In this document: piece by piece, positions 36,260 to 46,432 of the stretch | How the letters are laid out: each line of letters begins with the position of its first letter | Position numbering within the stretch: the stretch's first letter is position 1 | From: Candidatus Altiarchaeota archaeon | GTDB taxonomy: Archaea; Altiarchaeota; Altiarchaeia; IMC4; SCGC-AAA252-I15 | DNA length: 64,000 nt | Direction of reading: 5' to 3' | Assembly: GCA_043813075.1 (NCBI GenBank) | Contig: JBDRLL010000010.1 | Coordinates: forward strand, 110,037 to 174,036 | Program-made: the position numbers and the translations under genes | The notes under the pieces: generated by a model | What the model was told of the DNA's origin: nothing | The model's input: the letters and a program-made list of their open reading frames with translations, nothing else | Database searches by the model: none

Positions 36260-37534
36260 CTATGGCCTGTATTGTATGACTGGGTCTGTCCCTGGGGGCA
36301 TGACTGTCATTATTTTCTTTGCTTGCTCCGGGTATTTTGATATGAACCTCATCTCATCTTCTGTTACAGGCTTCTGGGTGTGGACGTTCGCATATCTTAC
36401 TAGTTCCAGTATCTTTTTGGCGTGTTCGTCGTCCTTGAATTTTAGTTCGAACTTGCCTGCCACGTTCTTGAAGCCTTTTATCCCAGAGTATTCGCCTGTT
36501 GTTATGAGTCTGCCTGTCTCTACCTGCTCTATGTGTCCCCTACCCACCTCATGGTGGTCGTAGAGCTCGTAGTTCCGGTGGTCTTTAAGCGCGCCGTCCG
36601 CGTGTATGCCTGACTCGTGGGCGAACGCGTTGTCTCCTATGGCCGGCTGGTTTATGGGTATCGGCACCCGCATTGATATTGAGGCGTACCTGCATATCTT
36701 CCAGGACTGCGTGAGGTCTATCTTCTCAGCGAAATGGTATTTGCCTTCAAATCCGCTGGCCTTCCTTATTGCGAGTATTACTGAAACCAGGTCTGCGTTG
36801 CCTGCGCGTTCTCCAAGGCCGTTTATCGTGGTGTTGACGTATGCGTCCACACCCCCGTCTATCGCCGCCTTTGCCCCTGCGACAGTTGTGGCTACCGCCA
36901 TTCCCAGGTCGTTGTGGCAGTGGAGTTCTATTGGCATCTTGACTTCTTCAGCCAGTCTTTTTATCCTATCGTATATGCTGAACGGGTCGTCGTAGCCTAG
37001 TGTGTCGCAGTATCTGAGTCTTACCGCCCCTGCTTGTTTCGCGGCTTCAGCGAATTCTATTAGCCTATCTATCTCCGTCCTTGACGAGTCTTCCGCGTTG
37101 ACTCCCACCTCTTTTGCCCCGAGTTCCAGTGAGAGTTTTGTCGCGCTGGTCATGTTGTCGATTACGTCCTTCCAGACCATTTTGCCGCGGAATTTACCCT
37201 CAATCATCTGTCGTGAAGTGGATATGCTCAGGTTCAGGTATTTTATCTTGGGCGTCAGGCGGAACGTGTCTTTAACGTCCTTTTCTATCGCGCGTATCCA
37301 TCCTGAAAGCCTCATCTTGATGCGCCCCATCTCAGCCAGCTCCAGGTTCGCGTTCAGGTAGTTGGTCTCGTGCGGCGTGACTGGGAATCCGAACTCGCTC
37401 TGGAATACGCCCATGTCATTCAGATAAAGGTTTATCATGGTCTTCTCGAGCTTTGCGAGGCCTAGCCTGGACGTCTGCACCCCATCCCTGTTAGTAACGT
37501 CTATAACGTGTATCCTATTCCTACTCTTTGCCAT
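36260..37534 (-). CDS. HMGL-family Claisen-condensing enzyme (isopropylmalate/homocitrate/citramalate synthase-like)
   Basis: 424 aa. IHVIDVTNRDGVQT (a variant of DTTLRDGEQ), LHCHNDLGMAVA, NGLGERAGNADL, HESGIH. Confidence 0.75.
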   Translation of the reverse strand: MAKSRNRIHVIDVTNRDGVQTSRLGLAKLEKTMINLYLNDMGVFQSEFGFPVTPHETNYLNANLELAEMGRIKMRLSGWIRAIEKDVKDTFRLTPKIKYLNLSISTSRQMIEGKFRGKMVWKDVIDNMTSATKLSLELGAKEVGVNAEDSSRTEIDRLIEFAEAAKQAGAVRLRYCDTLGYDDPFSIYDRIKRLAEEVKMPIELHCHNDLGMAVATTVAGAKAAIDGGVDAYVNTTINGLGERAGNADLVSVILAIRKASGFEGKYHFAEKIDLTQSWKICRYASISMRVPIPINQPAIGDNAFAHESGIHADGALKDHRNYELYDHHEVGRGHIEQVETGRLITTGEYSGIKGFKNVAGKFELKFKDDEHAKKILELVRYANVHTQKPVTEDEMRFISKYPEQAKKIMTVMPPGTDPVIQYRP

Positions 37535-37704
37535 TTTGAAATATCTTCACATATATTGTCATTTTTTATTTAAATATCCATTTTTCATGGGATTATTTGA
37601 TTAAATATTAATTTTTTCCCAATAGAACGTGTGTCTTTTGATTTAGGGGGCTGGGGGCGGCGTTGACGAGGCTGGACTTTTATCCCGCTGAGGCTGGCGG
37701 GATA

Positions 37705-37971
37705 TTATTTGCACGCCACCCCCAGAAGCTTGCTTAGGGTGCTGGTCTTGCCGTTCTTCTTAAGGCGGTATAGTTTTATCCCGCCTATCTTCAATGTCTC
37801 CGCAATCTCCTGTTTCACAAGGACCTTCACTATCCTTGATGTCGTGGCTATCGGCACCCTCGACTTCTTGGAGAGCTTGTTCAAGTGGTAGAGTTCTGTC
37901 TTGTCCTTCATCAATGCATTCATTATCCTGATTATCTTGTCGTCTACTATGCCGTCCAAGACAGTCTCCAT
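37705..37971 (-). CDS. Small winged-helix DNA-binding protein
   Basis: 88 aa. LNKLSKKSRVPIATTSRIVKVLVKQEI looks like HTH plus wing. It lies upstream of the HMGL-family gene. Confidence 0.5.
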   Translation of the reverse strand: METVLDGIVDDKIIRIMNALMKDKTELYHLNKLSKKSRVPIATTSRIVKVLVKQEIAETLKIGGIKLYRLKKNGKTSTLSKLLGVACK

Positions 37972-38031
37972 TGAAATATATTAAATTCAAGTATATAAAT
38001 GTTATCAAAAATGGAAAATATACACCAAAAA

Positions 38032-38757
38032 TCATAAATCCTTGTCAAATATGGAATTTAGGGTTCCGAAGTACATTATCTCCCCGTTTTCCACCCCATA
38101 GGCCCTGAAATCCCGGATGTCTCCCCGCAGCAGCGGGGACAACAGCCTTTCCTGTGTCACATCAACGCCTTCTGTCAGGAAATTGAGGGACGGCAATACT
38201 ATCAGGTCCAGGCCCTCCCATTCCCCAGCGAGGAAGCTCTTGACCCTCTCGACCCTGCCTTCCTCCCTCAAGCCTATGCAAGGGTGCTCATGGCCGACAA
38301 CAATTGTTTCTATGCCGTCAGTGTCTTCCGGGATTTTATGGCCATGCACAAACAGTGTAGTGCCTAACCTGAGTTCTTCGACGACCTTCACACCCTTCCT
38401 GTCTGCTATGGGACCGATTACGGTGTCATGGTTTCCCCTGACGAGCGTCACGTCATAGTCCTTCAGCTCGTCGAGGAACTTGAGGACCTCATCCCATTCC
38501 TGCCTGCTTATCCCCCCGAACTCGTGTTTCAAGTCCCCGTTTATCACTATCCTCTCCGGCTCTACCATGCTGACTGCCTCCCTTATGTGGGATACGATGT
38601 CCGCGTACTGGAAGTGTGGCACTAGGACACCCTGCTTGTTCAAAGCCTCCTCATAGCCCAGGTGGGTGTCGGCGAAAGCCAGCGTACTGTATTCGTTGAC
38701 GTGGAGCGTTAGCCCCACAATATTGAACCCTGGTTTCAAGCTCATCAAGTCCATCAC
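38032..38757 (-). CDS. Calcineurin-like metallophosphoesterase, PdeM/MJ0037-type (Lhr-associated MPE)
   Basis: [29 protein letters not shown]. There is a 4-nt overlap with the upstream Lhr-like helicase gene. Confidence 0.75.
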   Translation of the reverse strand: MMDLMSLKPGFNIVGLTLHVNEYSTLAFADTHLGYEEALNKQGVLVPHFQYADIVSHIREAVSMVEPERIVINGDLKHEFGGISRQEWDEVLKFLDELKDYDVTLVRGNHDTVIGPIADRKGVKVVEELRLGTTLFVHGHKIPEDTDGIETIVVGHEHPCIGLREEGRVERVKSFLAGEWEGLDLIVLPSLNFLTEGVDVTQERLLSPLLRGDIRDFRAYGVENGEIMYFGTLNSIFDKDL

Positions 38758-41318
38758 GCAATCCTCTCCAGCAACGCTTCATGCATCCTCCTTATGAACT
38801 CCTGCCTGTCCTCAGTCCTCAGCACGTCCATGTAGCCCCTGCCTATCAGGTTAAGGGCGAATGGCGTTGGAATATCCGTGTTGATCTCATCCACCTCTAT
38901 GTCCCCCGAAATGATTTTCGAAAGCACTTCCTCAGCGTTCTTCACGTCCATCAGGTCTTCCATGACCTCCCTCCTAGCCTCTTCGAGTATGGGGAAGTGC
39001 GAGTCCACCTTCTTCACGAAACTCAGGAGTATCCTGCTGCCCATCTGCTGCTTTCCAACGCTCTTGGTCCTACCCTTATAGTTCCTCAACATCATCATGC
39101 TGCGTGTCGCACAGTGCCTGAACCTCCTCAGCAAGACTTCAGTCTTGTCTATCGACTCCACAAGAGTCTCCCTTAAGTTTCCGGGCCCAAGACTATTGAA
39201 GGCGTTCGCAGCCTGCACTTTGCCGCTCAGCGTGAGATAGAATCCGTTGTCTGACAGGCTTATCGCAACGTTCTTCCGCTCCTTCTTGGCTATCACATAA
39301 GCCACCGCGCGGGATAGCGCGTCATTAACCCTCCTCCCAAACAGGCTGTGGAATACTATGTACCTCTTCTTGAACGCCTGATTGTACTCTATCAATATCC
39401 TCCTGTCGTGGGGTATCATCGAATACTTGTACTGCTCCCTGAAGTACTCGTACACGCTCTCCACCGTGTTGGCGTCAGCGTAAAGATAATTGTGCAGCCA
39501 CCCGCACACCTCCCTCTTAGGGGAATCCATCCTCTCCTCCATAAGCCGCCTGAACCTCTGTATCTCAGACGCGAGACCGTAGCTTAGGGGCAGCGACTCG
39601 CTGAACCAGGAGGGGACTGTCGGCGGCCCCGCGTCCGGCGAAACCTGGCACGTCATGCCCCTGCAGTACTTGAACTTGTATATGCTCCCCCCCAGCACGA
39701 ATATGTCCCCCTTGCTCAGGCGCTCCAGGAAACCCTCATCCAGCTTCCCCACCTTATGCTCACCCACCTTGACTGTGACGTACGATTCGTCAGGTATGGT
39801 GCCTATGTTCATGGAGTATATGGGCCTCGCCATCCTCCCCCTCTTGCCGATCATTTTGGTATCCTCGTCTAGCCATATTTTTGCGTAGACGCTTCTCTGC
39901 TCCAGCTCGACGTATCCCCCCGCAAGGTAATTTATCACTGAATCGTAGTCTTCTCTCCTAAGGTTTCTGTAGCAGTAGCTCCTCCTGACCATCTCATAGA
40001 CGTTGTCCACGTGTTCGACGTTTGACACCGCTATCCCATATATCTGCTGTGCCAGCACGTCCAGGCAGTTTTCAGGTATGTTTATCTCGTCTATCCTGCC
40101 TTCCAGCGCATTCTTAAGCAGTACCGAGCATTCCACCAGGTCGTCCCGGTCCAGGACTATTATCCTGCCCTTGGATTTTTCATGCAACTGGTGTCCTGAC
40201 CTGCCTATCCTCTGGAGGGCTCTCGCAACGCTCTTCGGCGACCCGAGCAGCACGACAAGGTCTATGTATCCGATGTCTATTCCCAATTCAAGGCTTGTGG
40301 ACGAGACGACGACCTTAAGCTCGCCCCTCTTGAGCCTGTCTTCAATGTCCAGCCGGTGTTCCGCGCTTAGGGAGCTGTGGTGCGCCCCGATGTTCTCCAC
40401 GTATTTACCAGGGAACTTTGTTTTCAAGTGGTTTACCACCCTCTCCGTCCCAGACCTCGTGTTGGTGAAGATTAGCGTCGTCTTGTGCTGTTGTATAAGG
40501 TCGTCGAGCAGGTTGTAGAGTGCCTTATGCATCTCGTCCTGTGTTGCAGTCATTATGTTCGGCACGGGGCTCAGGACTTTTATGTCCAGCTCCTTTATGT
40601 ATCTGACGTCAACTATCCTGCAGTCCCTCGGCTCTCCCCTCTCGTATCCTACAACGTATTCAGCCACCTTCTCAAGGGGGTGTATGGTGGCGCTTAACCC
40701 TATCCTGGTGAACCTTCCAGCAAGGTTCTGGAGCCTCTCTACGCTTATGCTCAAGTCCACCCCCCTCTTGTTTTCCGCGAGGGCGTGAACCTCGTCCATT
40801 ATGAACCACTTGACGTCAGCAAGCCTCTGGCTGAACTTCGGGGACGCGAGCATTAGGGCGAGGCTTTCCGGGGTGGTTATTAGTATGTGCGGCGGTTTTT
40901 TCAGCATCCTGCTTCTGGCGCTCTGCGTGGTGTCTCCAGTGCGCACCATGACTCTTATGCCAAAATCTTTGTCTGACTGCTCTTCTATCTCCCTCAGCGG
41001 CTCGTTAAGGTTCTTCTCTATGTCGTTGTTCAACGCCTTCAGCGGAGAAACGTAGATGCAGTAAACCTTGTCCTCCAGGTCTCCGATGAGGGACCATGTT
41101 ATAAGCTTGTTTAGCACGCTCATGAAGGCTGTCAGCGTCTTCCCGCTACCGGTGGGCGCGCTTACGAGCGTGTTCCTACCCCTCATTATGTTGGGCACAG
41201 CATACAACTGCGGTTTGGCGAATCCGGTGAAACGTCCTGTGAACCAATCCCTGACGACCGGGTGCAGCTCCCTGAGTATCTCATCGTCGGTGTACAACTC
41301 CTTCTCGTGCTCTATCAT
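38754..41318 (-). CDS. lhr: Lhr-core-type DExH helicase
   Basis: 854 aa. SAPTGSGKT (Walker A), MDEVHAL (DExH), GRSGH (motif VI). The long C-terminal extension is typical of Lhr-core proteins. Confidence 0.85.
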   Translation of the reverse strand: MIEHEKELYTDDEILRELHPVVRDWFTGRFTGFAKPQLYAVPNIMRGRNTLVSAPTGSGKTLTAFMSVLNKLITWSLIGDLEDKVYCIYVSPLKALNNDIEKNLNEPLREIEEQSDKDFGIRVMVRTGDTTQSARSRMLKKPPHILITTPESLALMLASPKFSQRLADVKWFIMDEVHALAENKRGVDLSISVERLQNLAGRFTRIGLSATIHPLEKVAEYVVGYERGEPRDCRIVDVRYIKELDIKVLSPVPNIMTATQDEMHKALYNLLDDLIQQHKTTLIFTNTRSGTERVVNHLKTKFPGKYVENIGAHHSSLSAEHRLDIEDRLKRGELKVVVSSTSLELGIDIGYIDLVVLLGSPKSVARALQRIGRSGHQLHEKSKGRIIVLDRDDLVECSVLLKNALEGRIDEINIPENCLDVLAQQIYGIAVSNVEHVDNVYEMVRRSYCYRNLRREDYDSVINYLAGGYVELEQRSVYAKIWLDEDTKMIGKRGRMARPIYSMNIGTIPDESYVTVKVGEHKVGKLDEGFLERLSKGDIFVLGGSIYKFKYCRGMTCQVSPDAGPPTVPSWFSESLPLSYGLASEIQRFRRLMEERMDSPKREVCGWLHNYLYADANTVESVYEYFREQYKYSMIPHDRRILIEYNQAFKKRYIVFHSLFGRRVNDALSRAVAYVIAKKERKNVAISLSDNGFYLTLSGKVQAANAFNSLGPGNLRETLVESIDKTEVLLRRFRHCATRSMMMLRNYKGRTKSVGKQQMGSRILLSFVKKVDSHFPILEEARREVMEDLMDVKNAEEVLSKIISGDIEVDEINTDIPTPFALNLIGRGYMDVLRTEDRQEFIRRMHEALLERIA

Positions 41319-41729
41319 CGACTTAAATAAACTAAAGACGTATATATAAACAGAGGGGTTGGAGGCTCAAACGTAAATCAAACACGGTCTGTGACCGCCC
41401 TCTCGAGTCCTTCAATGAAGGTGGACGGCGGGACAGGCAAAATATTTAACGGCAGAACCAACCCCTCACTCAAGATAACCCTCTAATCAGGCGTCAACGT
41501 CAATATTCTGCCCTAACCCGTCTTCTCCCTGCTTCCTCCTATGTTCAATGTTCAGCGGGCTTGGCTTTAGGGAGCTTCTCGGCGGCACGACGTTCTTCCT
41601 CATCAGGGTCTCCATGGCCCCCTGACCTCTCTAGCTGGCTGTGGTGGCGTTATCCCCTCAACCTTCCTGCCGTCCACTCTCCTGACTTCCATATGTTTAA
41701 ATATAACGTAATTATTAACAATAAACTTC

Positions 41730-42194
41730 TTGGGGTGGTATGTTATGGCAGAATTGATGAAGGGCGGCGACGTCGCCTCTACGGTAAAGAAACTCGTCTC
41801 CCTGGAAAATCAGGTCAAGGAATACAGCATCGACCTTACAGTGAACGAAGTATACGCGCTGGCAGGGCCCGGCAAGATTGATTTCAGTGGCAGGGAGTAT
41901 GAGGAGCCCCGGCGGGTGAAGCTGGAGCCTAAGAAGAGTCCGGAAGACGAGTACGGGTGGTGGGAGTTGAGGCCAGGCAAGTATCTTGTGACGCTGAATG
42001 AGGTGGTGGAGAAGGTTGACGGCATCGGATTCATCTCCCCGCATCCGCGCCTGCTGAAGGTCGGCTGCACGCATGCCACGCTATTCACCCTTGAGTGGGG
42101 CAGTGAATATGTGATTCCTTTGACTGTGGGAGGCAATGGCTTGGAGCTGAAGGAGAACTCCAGGATATCCAAGCTTTTGGTCTTGAAGCTCTAG
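41730..42194 (+). CDS. dCTP deaminase/dUTPase-fold-like protein (divergent)
   Basis: 154 aa. The size and beta-rich pattern (IDLTVNEVY..., RISKLLVLKL C-terminus) resemble archaeal Dcd/Dut proteins, but I cannot find the DxGxxG-type catalytic motif. Confidence 0.4.
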   Translation: MGWYVMAELMKGGDVASTVKKLVSLENQVKEYSIDLTVNEVYALAGPGKIDFSGREYEEPRRVKLEPKKSPEDEYGWWELRPGKYLVTLNEVVEKVDGIGFISPHPRLLKVGCTHATLFTLEWGSEYVIPLTVGGNGLELKENSRISKLLVLKL

Positions 42195-43015
42195 TCGAGT
42201 TCGCCTTCCCCCTTCAGGACGTCGGGGTCGACGCCTTTCTGGCGGTCTATCATGCCCTTCTTGCTGACGAAGGCGTGCCTTAGGTTCAGTATGCCCTTCT
42301 CGTATTCGAAGGGCTCCTGATCCTCGAAGATGAATGGGGTGTTCTTCAAGTCAGGTATCCTCATGAAGACGGGCGTCAGATGCCTTAGTGATATCTCCCC
42401 GAATCCTGGGAGCATGTGGGCGTCCTGATCCTGGAAGGTGTCCACCATGTGTATCACCCCGATGTGTTCTGCGACAGAATTGACTGCATCCGCCAGGGAA
42501 TTCACATCCCTGCTCCACATGTAATAGTGGCTTGTGTCAAAGCATAATCTGGCTCCCGGCACATCATCTATGAATGCGAGAAAGTCTTCCTTGTCTCTTA
42601 TATGGCTCTCCTCGTCCGGCCTGTTCTCAAAGCATGCGAGCATCCCGTAGTCCCCGCACATTCTCACAAGATCCTTCGAGTGTCTTATCATATCCTCCTT
42701 CTTGTCCCTGTCGGAACTGTGGAAGACTATCCTGTCGGAATGCAGTCTGGAGGCGAATTCGATAGAGCTTCTGAAGAGCTCATGACCTCTCTTAGTGCCG
42801 AGGTCTGCCATCTCACCGCGTGTCGGGAATGGCGCGTGCACCGAGAAGTCAGCACCGAAATACTCTCTTAACTCCAGCAGCTCGTCCACATCCCCCTGGC
42901 TCACCTCCGGGTATATGGGCGAGATGTGCACGTGGTCGCTGTACCGTAGGCACATTTTCACGGCGTCAACGACACTCAAGTCCGGGAACGCGTAGGTGGC
43001 GAGGCCTATCCTCAT
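42191..43015 (-). CDS. Xylose-isomerase-like TIM-barrel protein (sugar phosphate isomerase/epimerase or AP-endonuclease-2 family)
   Basis: 274 aa. FSVHAPF, IVFHS, CFEN, CFDTSHYYMW and IHMVD are conserved-position metal-ligand motifs of AP_endonuc_2 folds. Confidence 0.65.
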   Translation of the reverse strand: MRIGLATYAFPDLSVVDAVKMCLRYSDHVHISPIYPEVSQGDVDELLELREYFGADFSVHAPFPTRGEMADLGTKRGHELFRSSIEFASRLHSDRIVFHSSDRDKKEDMIRHSKDLVRMCGDYGMLACFENRPDEESHIRDKEDFLAFIDDVPGARLCFDTSHYYMWSRDVNSLADAVNSVAEHIGVIHMVDTFQDQDAHMLPGFGEISLRHLTPVFMRIPDLKNTPFIFEDQEPFEYEKGILNLRHAFVSKKGMIDRQKGVDPDVLKGEGELD

Positions 43016-43040
43016 GGAATACTATGTGTCCCAACGGTTA

Positions 43041-44120
43041 TTATCCTTTACTCTTCCCCCTCTCCTCCAGGTGTCTCCTTAGGAATCTCTCTATCGCATC
43101 CCTGTGGGTGAATTGGGTGACGACGTGCTGCATTTTACCGTGTCCAGGGTGTCCTGGAGTCTCAATCCACTCTACCCTTCCATATCCCTCAGTCAATATG
43201 CCCACGAACTCGTAGGCCTCCCCTTTTATTGTATCAACCCTCCTGAATACTGGGGACCCGCTGTCGCCGTTGAATGAGGATGTCGTCACTAGGGCGGATA
43301 TGCTGGGGTCTGTGTTCGGATCATCCTTCGCCTTGGGGTACATCCTCCTGATGTCCTCCTGTCTGTAGGGGATTACCATGCCGCGTTCCTCCATGATGCT
43401 CTTACCTGCAGGTAATATGCTCTTGCCGAGTGGAACCCTCTTGGGGTCGTATTCCTTCACGCCGTGCTGTCTGTAGAACTCCTCCATGCCCTCGTAGAAC
43501 TCGCTTCCCCCGTACACTAGATTGTACTCCTTATCGCTCACATTAACTCCGACAGGCCTTTCAAACCTGGATACTACCTCTCCTGGACTTGGCTTTTCTG
43601 GTGACATGCTGAACACAACTCCCCCTGGTTCGCCCTGTTCAAAATCGAATCTCTGTCTTCGGAGTAGCGCGAGGTCTGCTTTTTCATCGCGCGCGACAAC
43701 CTCGAATCTGCTCCTAAGCACTGCATACGTGCGTGTCACGCCAGGTTCAATCAAGTGTGTCTGTATGATAAGCTCATCGGGTTTCTCGTCTACCATGTGG
43801 TTTGCTGTGATGAAATAGACCCCCTTGTCATCAATCGCCATTGCCATGCCCCTCTTAGACATGATGGTGACCGGACCCTCCTTGCCTTCTACCTCTCTCG
43901 GACCCCTGACTTCAAAAAGCGATTTTTTTATGGTCTCCCTGTCTGTCCTGACTTTTCCAGGTGACGCTAGAAATTCTCTCAGTATCCTCTCCAAAGGATC
44001 CTGCTCTTCCCCCGGGGCCTTCAGGTTCTCGGGATGCTGTGCGCTGGCGAGAGCCCCTACTTGTGATGCGACCGCTCCTGCAGCAACTCTTATAAGGAAT
44101 TCTCTCCTGCTGATGGACAT
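43041..44120 (-). CDS. Tat-signal trypsin-like (S1-family) serine protease
   Basis: The likely start is MSISRREFLIRVAAGAVA, a twin-arginine SRREFL motif (ATG at 44118-44120). FITANHMV gives the His and NGDSGSPVF the Ser. Confidence 0.65.
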   Translation of the reverse strand: MSISRREFLIRVAAGAVASQVGALASAQHPENLKAPGEEQDPLERILREFLASPGKVRTDRETIKKSLFEVRGPREVEGKEGPVTIMSKRGMAMAIDDKGVYFITANHMVDEKPDELIIQTHLIEPGVTRTYAVLRSRFEVVARDEKADLALLRRQRFDFEQGEPGGVVFSMSPEKPSPGEVVSRFERPVGVNVSDKEYNLVYGGSEFYEGMEEFYRQHGVKEYDPKRVPLGKSILPAGKSIMEERGMVIPYRQEDIRRMYPKAKDDPNTDPSISALVTTSSFNGDSGSPVFRRVDTIKGEAYEFVGILTEGYGRVEWIETPGHPGHGKMQHVVTQFTHRDAIERFLRRHLEERGKSKG

Positions 44121-44224
44121 GTAATGAATACGGGAAATACTGCAATAAAAGCCCTCCATAAAGCGTCTTCACTTTGGTTTAGTGGCGGCTGCCGTCTTCA
44201 CCCCCCATCTCCCACAGGCCAGCG

Positions 44225-45511
44225 CTAATAACCCTTCTTCTTGTTTTTCGACTGCTTGTTGGGCGAGTGTGTTGGCGGATGCCTCTCTAGGGCAGCAGGT
44301 CCCGCACCTTCCCTAAGCGACTTCCCCTCTATCTCAGGCTTGATCTTCCCAGGGTCTATGCCGTAAGTCTCCAGCATGGTGGGTGCTATGTCCTTCCTAT
44401 CGCCGTTCCTCACTATTGTGGGGTCGTTGGCTGCCATAAAAGTGTATGCCGCGAACGCGTGTCCTGTCTGGCCTTCACTGAACCCGTGGTCTGAGGCGAC
44501 TATTATCATGGTATCATCCATCCCCTTGTCATCCAGTTTTTCCATGATCTTCCCCAGCCATCCATCCAACAGGATGAGGTCTCTAGTGTATTCCTCCGAA
44601 TTCTCACCGTAACGGTGTCCAGTGTAGTCTGGCTCCATGAAGTGGAAGAAGAAGAAGAATCTACCCCCGTCGTATCCTTCAATAGTATTCAGCGACAGTT
44701 CCCCGATTTCAGTCATGTTCCTGTATTCATCCCCCACCCACCTGTCTATGTTCCTACTAGTATGGTAATATGGCTGCCCTCCCCTATCCTCGAAAGCCAT
44801 CCTTATCCTCCTGAGTCTCGCGGTCACAGCCCGCCTCTTGTATATGTTGCTTGTCTTCTCCAGGATGGCATCCATTATCTTGTTTATGACGCCTATCCTA
44901 TCCTTCTTCCCTTTACCCAGTCTCTCCACTTCCTCCAGGAACTTCCTGTTGGTTATCCCATTCACCCTGGCCATATCCAACAGCATCTGCCTTCCATCCT
45001 CCAGTTCTCTGGCAGGCGTTGGGGGGGTGCTCCTCATGTTGTTCTTCTTTCCCGCTATCATGACCGTCTCTATGTTCTTGTCGCCAAAGCGTTTCTCAAG
45101 GCGTTCCAGTATGGTGTATCCCTCCGGTATGGCCTGGAATCTCTTGTTGCTGTATACTCCCGTCTTCCTGTAGCTGTATCCTGTGAGTATCTCCGCCCAC
45201 CCTGGTTTGGTGGAGTTCCCCCCGGTAGTGACGTTTATCGAGATTATCGCGCCTTTTTCGCTAAGCTTCTTAAGGTTGGGCATCTTACCCCCAGCATACA
45301 GTTCCATCAGATGGTTCCTCTGCACGCCATCCCAGCCGATCAGGATGACGTTCCTAAACTCATTCTTCGGCTTACTGACGCCTTCATCCTCGCTTAATTC
45401 GTTGACGCATCCGAGGACGAGTGCAGCCAATAATAACGCAAAAAAACATTTTTTTCTGCTAGAACTAGCGGCAGTAACACTTTTTTCCACGATATTCAAC
45501 CCGTTAATCAC
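44225..45511 (-). CDS. Alkaline-phosphatase-superfamily enzyme (nucleotide pyrophosphatase/phosphodiesterase-like), exported or lipid-anchored
   Basis: VILIGWDGVQRNH, HFMEPDYTGHRYG, IVASDHGF. The N-terminal hydrophobic segment ends in LVLGC. Confidence 0.7.
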   Translation of the reverse strand: MINGLNIVEKSVTAASSSRKKCFFALLLAALVLGCVNELSEDEGVSKPKNEFRNVILIGWDGVQRNHLMELYAGGKMPNLKKLSEKGAIISINVTTGGNSTKPGWAEILTGYSYRKTGVYSNKRFQAIPEGYTILERLEKRFGDKNIETVMIAGKKNNMRSTPPTPARELEDGRQMLLDMARVNGITNRKFLEEVERLGKGKKDRIGVINKIMDAILEKTSNIYKRRAVTARLRRIRMAFEDRGGQPYYHTSRNIDRWVGDEYRNMTEIGELSLNTIEGYDGGRFFFFFHFMEPDYTGHRYGENSEEYTRDLILLDGWLGKIMEKLDDKGMDDTMIIVASDHGFSEGQTGHAFAAYTFMAANDPTIVRNGDRKDIAPTMLETYGIDPGKIKPEIEGKSLREGAGPAALERHPPTHSPNKQSKNKKKGY

Positions 45512-46425
45512 ATTGCCTTCAGGGCTTTTATCCTGTTCTCTATCGGAGGGTGGGTGTTAAACAAGTCTGTTAATCGCATGCGCGTGGGGTCTGAGAGGAA
45601 CATGGGGGCCACAGCCTTGTTCACCTCGGTCTTCAAACCCTTCTTTGCTTCAGTCCCTATCTTCTCCAGCGCGCCTATAAGCCCCTGCGGGTATCTAGTC
45701 AACTCTACCGCACCGGCATCCGCCATGTACTCCCTCCTCCTGGAGATGGCCATCTGGACGAGCATAACTATTATGGGCGCTATTATCGATAGCGCAATCC
45801 CGATAACGAGCAATAATGTGTTTCCTCCGCCACGGTTCCTGCCTCCGCCCCCCATGCTGGAGTACCACATGCTCCTCAGGAACATCTGGGATATTATCGA
45901 CACGAGCCCCACCATCACCGCCACCAGCGTCACGAACCGTATGTCATAGTTCCTTATGTGGGTGAGCTCGTGGGCTATCACCCCCTGCAGTTCCTCCCTA
46001 GACAGCTTCTGCACGGCCCCGTCGGTCACGCAAACGACACTGTGCTCAGGGTCCCTGCCTGTCGCGAAGGCGTTTATGTCCGGCGAAGGCATGACATACA
46101 CTTCTGGCCGTGGCATGCCTCCCGCAATCGTCATCTCGTCGACTATGTTCCTCAGCTGCTGGTACTGGGGTCCATCCGCCTTTCGCGCTTTGACCGAGGA
46201 TAACGCGATTTTCGCGGAATTATAGTACGTGTACACTATGTATCCTATGTTGAATACTGTCGCGAACATGAGGAAGACGAACATGAATCCCGGACCGTAT
46301 ACGCGCGAGAATATCACTGACATTACGAGGGACAGGGCTGCGACAGAAGCAAAAACCACTATCATGAGCAGCCACGAGTTCCTCTTGTTCCTGGATATCT
46401 GGTCGTAGAAGCTGACTTTCTCCAT
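45508..46425 (-). CDS. htpX: M48-family membrane zinc protease HtpX
   Basis: HELTHIRNYD (HExxH) between TM segments. The likely start is MEKVSFYDQ (ATG at 46423-46425), just after the lemA stop. Confidence 0.85.
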   Translation of the reverse strand: MEKVSFYDQISRNKRNSWLLMIVVFASVAALSLVMSVIFSRVYGPGFMFVFLMFATVFNIGYIVYTYYNSAKIALSSVKARKADGPQYQQLRNIVDEMTIAGGMPRPEVYVMPSPDINAFATGRDPEHSVVCVTDGAVQKLSREELQGVIAHELTHIRNYDIRFVTLVAVMVGLVSIISQMFLRSMWYSSMGGGGRNRGGGNTLLLVIGIALSIIAPIIVMLVQMAISRRREYMADAGAVELTRYPQGLIGALEKIGTEAKKGLKTEVNKAVAPMFLSDPTRMRLTDLFNTHPPIENRIKALKAM

Positions 46426-46432
46426 CCTACAG

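Noticed and set aside
44615-45397. 260-aa plus-strand ORF
   Set aside because: Antisense to the AlkP-superfamily gene, which has clear catalytic motifs.
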